A stretch of 64,000 nt of DNA from Thermodesulfobacteriota bacterium (GTDB lineage Bacteria; Desulfobacterota_D; UBA1144; Nemesobacterales; Nemesobacteraceae), in NCBI GenBank assembly GCA_965202785.1, contig OZ241855.1:800001-864000 (forward strand). Reading direction: 5' to 3'. The notes beneath the pieces were generated by a model that saw only the letters and a list, made by a program, of their open reading frames with translations, searched no databases and was not told the origin of the DNA. The translations under genes were made by a program, and so were the position numbers. Position 1 is the first letter of the stretch; every line of letters starts with the position of its first letter. Positions 59,493-64,000 of the stretch are shown piece after piece.

Positions 59493-60878
59493 TTGGCCAA
59501 AAAAGCGTGGGGAGGCCGTTTCGCTTCCCAGACACACAATATCGCCGAGAAGTTCTCAGAATCGGTAAGTTTCGACAGGCGTCTTTACAAAGAAGACATA
59601 AGGGGAAGTATCGCCCACGTGAAGATGCTTCGCGAAACCGGAATTATTTCCCGCAAGGACGCATCCCGGATAACCAAGGGTCTTCGGGAGATCGAAAAGG
59701 AAATAGACCGCGGGGAGTTTGCTTTCAGCGAGAGCTACGAGGATATCCATCTCAACATAGAAAAAAGGCTTATCGAGAAAACGGGATCTTCGGGTGCCAT
59801 GGTACACACGGCCAGGAGCAGGAACGACCAAGTTTTAACCGACACGAGGCTTTACCTGAGGAAGGAGACAGAAGAGATAATTTCACTTGTGTGCGCCTTG
59901 GCGGAGCAGTTCGTTGAACTTTCCGCAAAGAACTTGGGGGCGGTTGTTCCTCTGTACACCCACATGCAGCGTGCACAGCCGGTGCTTCTGTCCCACCATC
60001 TTCTGGCTTACTACGAAATGCTAAAGCGCGACCGCGAGAGGTTTATTGACTGTCTTGCAAGGGTGAATGTGAGCCCGCTTGGAAGCTGCGCCGGGGCGGG
60101 AACCTCGTTTCCGATAAACAGGGAGATGACCGCCGAAGATCTGGGATTCAAATCGGTTTCCAGAAACAGCATTGACGCTGTAAGCGACCGTGATTTCTGC
60201 GCGGAGTTCGTATTCTGCTGCTCGGTTCTGATGATGCACCTGAGCAGGCTTTCCGAAGAACTTGTTTTGTGGAGCACAAAGGAGTTTGACTTCGTTGACC
60301 TCGGGGACGGGTTCACCACGGGCTCCAGCATAATGCCCCAGAAAAAGAACCCCGACATGTCGGAGCTCACCCGGGGAAAAACCGCCAGGGTCTACGGAAA
60401 CCTGAGTGCGCTTCTGGCTCTTATGAAAGGACTTCCGCTTTCCTACAACAGGGACATGCAGGAGGACAAAGAACCTCTTTTCGATACGGTTGACACGGTA
60501 AAACTTTGCCTTCGGGTTAATATCGAGATGCTGAAGACACTGGAATTCAAGGAAGAAAACATGAAGAATGCCCTTCAGGGAGGCTTCGTCACCGCGACCG
60601 ACGTGGCGGACTATCTGGCCCGCAAGGGTGTCCCGTTCCGTTCGGCCCACGAAACCGTGGGGAAGATAGTTTCCTACGCAGAGCGGGACGGAAAGGAGCT
60701 TTCAGATCTTAAGCTCTCCGAATTCCGCAGGTTTTCCAAAAAAATCGACGAGGACATTTTTCAGGTGATAACGTTCTCGGGTTCCGTTGAGAGCAGAAGC
60801 TCCCTGGGTGGCACTTCAACCTCGAACGTTAGAAAAGAGATAGCAAGAGCCAGAAGGTTCCTCAAAAAATGCATGTAG
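59493..60878 (+). CDS. argH: argininosuccinate lyase
   Basis: WGGRF, HTARSRNDQ, YTHMQRAQP, GSSIMPQKKNPD; TTG start at 59493. Confidence 0.96.
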   Translation: MAKKAWGGRFASQTHNIAEKFSESVSFDRRLYKEDIRGSIAHVKMLRETGIISRKDASRITKGLREIEKEIDRGEFAFSESYEDIHLNIEKRLIEKTGSSGAMVHTARSRNDQVLTDTRLYLRKETEEIISLVCALAEQFVELSAKNLGAVVPLYTHMQRAQPVLLSHHLLAYYEMLKRDRERFIDCLARVNVSPLGSCAGAGTSFPINREMTAEDLGFKSVSRNSIDAVSDRDFCAEFVFCCSVLMMHLSRLSEELVLWSTKEFDFVDLGDGFTTGSSIMPQKKNPDMSELTRGKTARVYGNLSALLALMKGLPLSYNRDMQEDKEPLFDTVDTVKLCLRVNIEMLKTLEFKEENMKNALQGGFVTATDVADYLARKGVPFRSAHETVGKIVSYAERDGKELSDLKLSEFRRFSKKIDEDIFQVITFSGSVESRSSLGGTSTSNVRKEIARARRFLKKCM

Positions 60879-60929
60879 CCGTTTTTCCGAGAGGGTCGGC
60901 GGTGGTTTCCATTCTGTTTGCGGTGCGCC

Positions 60930-61571
60930 ATGGGTTTTGAACTTGGGGGACTTTACGTGGTTACCGACGAGGGACTGATTCCGCGCGGTTCTTTCTGCGA
61001 AACAGTTGAGAAATCGTTGGCGGGGGGAGCTGACATTGTTCAGTTAAGGGACAAGACTTCCCCGCGCTCGGAAGTCGTCGCCTTGGGCAGGGAACTTCTT
61101 GGTATTACAAAGAGATACGGCGTGCCGCTTATAATAAACGACTCCCCGGAACTCATGATGGAAATAAAAGCCGACGGAGTGCATCTGGGCGAAGACGACC
61201 CGAACATAATACCCACGAGAAAGAAACTGGGTAACGGTGCTATCATAGGTGTTTCCTGTTACGGTTCTCTTCCAAGAGGCATACACGCCGAGAGAATGGG
61301 TGCCAATTACGTTGTTTTTGGAACTCCTTGGGCCACTCCGACAAAACCCGGCAGAATCCCCACCCCTTTTGAAACTCTGGTCGAGGCGAAAACCGCTATC
61401 ACGGGGATTCCGATATTTGCTATAGGAGGAATATTCCCCCATAATGCGGCACAGGTGCTTGCTACCGGGGTGGACGGCGTAGCAGTCATAACGAGCGTTT
61501 TTGGATCAGATGACCCGGAGGGTGCTTCGAGGGATCTTTGCTCCGTTCTTAAGGATCACCCGGCTGTGTGA
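60930..61571 (+). CDS. thiE: thiamine-phosphate synthase
   Basis: LYVVTD, VQLRDK, IIND, GVHLG, TPTK, AIGGI. Confidence 0.92.
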   Translation: MGFELGGLYVVTDEGLIPRGSFCETVEKSLAGGADIVQLRDKTSPRSEVVALGRELLGITKRYGVPLIINDSPELMMEIKADGVHLGEDDPNIIPTRKKLGNGAIIGVSCYGSLPRGIHAERMGANYVVFGTPWATPTKPGRIPTPFETLVEAKTAITGIPIFAIGGIFPHNAAQVLATGVDGVAVITSVFGSDDPEGASRDLCSVLKDHPAV

Positions 61572-61653
61572 CCATGTGGGGAGACCGGGAGCGGGGACAG
61601 AAGAACCGGATTGCGATGAGCAATTAATAATCTGGCCCCTGGGTTGATAAACC

Positions 61654-62469
61654 TTATTCGGGCTTTGAGCATATGACGAGATGATTTGAAGCTCTTCCCT
61701 CGTCAACCAGTCCCAGATACGTATCGAAATACTCAATGTGGTAGCGGGTGTTTTCCTCGCCCTGCTCTTCGGCAATCACGGCGGAATGCTTTTTGTAAGC
61801 GTCTCCCCAGTTTTTGACCTGAACCCGGAAATCCGCCACGTACTCGGTTATTTCCTCGATACGAAATCCGGCGGATTCAAGCTTTTTCCTGTAACTTTCA
61901 AGCGAATCGTAATATTGCGGGATAAGATAGCCTCTGGCCATTTTCTGCTTTGTTTCCCCGTCACCGGATATCTCGAAGGTGCCGCTTAGAAACGCCCACG
62001 TTCCGGAAGGCTTAAGTACCCTGAGAACTTCCCTGAAAAGCCCCGTCTTGTCGGAAAACACGTTCATCACGTTAAGACTTATTGCTAGGTCAAACGTGTT
62101 TTCTGTAAATGGCATTTCCATCGCGTCGCCCAGATGGAATTCCGTTTGTTCCCGGAGCCCGGAGTTTTTCGCGAGTTTTCTCGATACGTCAACTCCCACC
62201 TCGTTAATCTCTATTCCGGATACCCTGCATCCGGTCCTGTCGGCTATGTATACCGCGGGACCGCCCGCTCCGCTTCCGACGTCAAGAACATGCGTTGTTT
62301 TCTCTATGCCCAGGCGGGGAATCAACTGGTCAAGATAACGGGGAGTGATGAACGACTGCTGTCCTATGTCATCCTCTACTCCCCAGATGGATTGTCTTAT
62401 GAGCCTGTTTGCAGGGCTGTCGAGCTGGTGAAGCTCCGAATAATCCACCCCTATGCGTTTTTCGTTCAT
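61654..62469 (-). CDS. class I SAM-dependent methyltransferase
   Basis: VLDVGSGAGG, GDAMEMPF, EVLRVLKPSG. Confidence 0.9.
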   Translation of the reverse strand: MNEKRIGVDYSELHQLDSPANRLIRQSIWGVEDDIGQQSFITPRYLDQLIPRLGIEKTTHVLDVGSGAGGPAVYIADRTGCRVSGIEINEVGVDVSRKLAKNSGLREQTEFHLGDAMEMPFTENTFDLAISLNVMNVFSDKTGLFREVLRVLKPSGTWAFLSGTFEISGDGETKQKMARGYLIPQYYDSLESYRKKLESAGFRIEEITEYVADFRVQVKNWGDAYKKHSAVIAEEQGEENTRYHIEYFDTYLGLVDEGRASNHLVICSKPE

Positions 62470-62582
62470 ATGACTTGCGTTTCCTCCGTCTTGATTTTCG
62501 GAATCTAATTGAATTTACACTTTAACCGTCTAAAAACAATTTTCCGTATTCTCTGAAAGAAAAAACCGCCTGAGAAGAGGAT

Positions 62583-62627
62583 AAAAAAAGGGGACATATC
62601 AGGAGTTTTTTCTCTTGACATGTCCCC
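62583..62627 (-). terminator. rho-independent terminator of the porin gene
   Basis: Minus strand GGGGACATGTCAAGAG-loop-CTCCTGATATGTCCCC followed by T7. Confidence 0.75.
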
Positions 62628-62680
62628 GGGAATATTAACCGCGCGCGGCGAAACCGCCGCAACCCGACCTTCTGAGACAG

Positions 62681-63802
62681 TTAGAAGATCGCAACGTCAA
62701 AGTCATAGCGGAAACCGAGGCTTAAAGTATTTACGTCATCCCCCGGATCGTTCTGAGTTAACACCCATTCGGCAAAGACGTCTAAGGCAGGGTGTACCTC
62801 TTTAATCAAAGTAACGTTGTAGCCCATCTTGTCGCTTCCGTCGTCTGGGTCAGACATGAAAAAGCCCAGAAGCGCCTTAATGCTGCCAAGAGAGTAAGCA
62901 CCGGCTACGTCGAGAGTATATGGGTTCAATTCAGCGCCGTCATCGTAATTGTCCGTTATGTACTGGTAAGTAACGGCGAGATACAGATTCTCGATTAGAT
63001 TCAGACTGCCGCCGACGCCGAAGAAATTTCTCTCGCGATCATTGTCATCCTGGTTCTGCCGCAAGTAGGATGCGCCGATGTAAATCGGGCCGGAACTGAA
63101 GCCAGCGCCGATTGAAGCCGCGTCAACATTGTCAGCATGAGAGGCGGAATCATCGCCGTTTCCGACCTCACCGTCTACCTGCATGCCCGCGTTTACTTTT
63201 AAACCCGCAAAACTGTTTGAGTATGTTACCAGATTGCCGCTTCGGAAAGGACCCTGATTATCATATCCAAAGGGGCTTGCCCGATGGTAAAAAATGTCGG
63301 TTACTTCGGCTACAGTGTTAAAATAGGGATCCCACTGCTTACCGATAGCTACCATTCCCAGATCCTCGCTTTTAATACCCACGTAAGCTTGGCGCGCGTC
63401 GCCGAAATTGCCGTTTTGCTCAATATCAACATCCCACTCTCCGTGTAGCACCGCGGACAGACCTTCGGTTATCTGCGTGTTGGCTTTGATGCCGACTCGT
63501 GAAAGCGCGTCGGTGATGTCGGTTGAACTCCCGTCGCTGTTTTCATAAGTAAGCCTAGGCCAGAACCTGCCGTAAATTGAAACGTCGGTATCCTTGATGA
63601 CCGGTGTTTCTTCCATTGCCATCGGTTCCTCGGCCATCGGTTCCTCGGCCATCGGTTCCTCGGCCATCGGTTCTTCAGCCATCGGTTCTTCAGCAATTGG
63701 CTCCTCGGCTTCTCCTCCTCCCGCAAATGCTGAAAACGGCACTGCCAACATGCCGGATGCCAGCAGACAAATCATTAAAACCCTTTTGATAAGATAATTC
63801 AT
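62681..63802 (-). CDS. Gram-negative porin with an N-terminal acidic repeat
   Basis: Signal peptide; VSIYG, SRVGIKA, RQAYVG, LGFRYDF. Confidence 0.88.
   Translation of the reverse strand: MNYLIKRVLMICLLASGMLAVPFSAFAGGGEAEEPIAEEPMAEEPMAEEPMAEEPMAEEPMAMEETPVIKDTDVSIYGRFWPRLTYENSDGSSTDITDALSRVGIKANTQITEGLSAVLHGEWDVDIEQNGNFGDARQAYVGIKSEDLGMVAIGKQWDPYFNTVAEVTDIFYHRASPFGYDNQGPFRSGNLVTYSNSFAGLKVNAGMQVDGEVGNGDDSASHADNVDAASIGAGFSSGPIYIGASYLRQNQDDNDRERNFFGVGGSLNLIENLYLAVTYQYITDNYDDGAELNPYTLDVAGAYSLGSIKALLGFFMSDPDDGSDKMGYNVTLIKEVHPALDVFAEWVLTQNDPGDDVNTLSLGFRYDFDVAIF
63618..63707 (-). repeat. 15-bp tandem repeat x6 encoding AEEP(M/I)
   Basis: GCCATCGGTTCCTCG x3, GCCATCGGTTCTTCA x2, GCAATTGGCTCCTCG x1. 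Confidence 0.95.
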
Positions 63803-64000
63803 TTTTCTCCTCCTTTTACCATAAGGTTGAATATGTTCAGTTAGTTAAAACTTATTCGATTTTTCGAGACGAAATACCTCCTACCGGGTCTGAAAACCAC
63901 TTGAAGGTAACAGCAATAAATTCGTTAGATTCAGTGCGATAATCAACCCATCAGATTCAATCACCTTTTATCCTATCACAAAGATTCAGATGTTTTCAAC

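Overview
A 64 kb, gene-dense piece of bacterial core chromosome (roughly balanced GC by eye, with a few AT-rich patches). The split ATP synthase operon (atpF'-F-H-A-G-D-C without atpB/E), class II RNR, many LLM oxidoreductases and solute-binding proteins, and a Cache-domain protein with a GGC-type C-terminal anchor suggest a deltaproteobacteria-like lineage such as sponge-associated Ca. Dadabacteria (inference only, not checked by search). Housekeeping content: oadB-type decarboxylase beta, fabH, gltX, coaE, a three-subunit acyl-CoA carboxylase, rpmG/rpmB, rplM/rpsI, ino1, sodA, ispDF, purB, gshA, pyk, atp genes, nrdJ, argH and thiE. I saw no rRNA, tRNA, transposase, phage or CRISPR array. Non-coding signals read from the DNA include a cobalamin riboswitch before a TonB receptor, a Fur/Zur box, tandem NrdR boxes and several operator-like palindromes. 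Two type II TA loci flank pyk, and the ParE toxin is frameshifted. The least explained features are (i) a tandemly duplicated small protein with DPFQ motifs at a fixed 25-residue period, (ii) a secreted double-Cache-like protein with a sorting tail and no signalling output, (iii) a GC-rich structured element with its own promoter in a 1.1 kb AT-rich intergenic region, and (iv) an (AEEPM)6 repeat on a porin. I cannot support a complete novel multi-gene system from sequence alone; these are leads.
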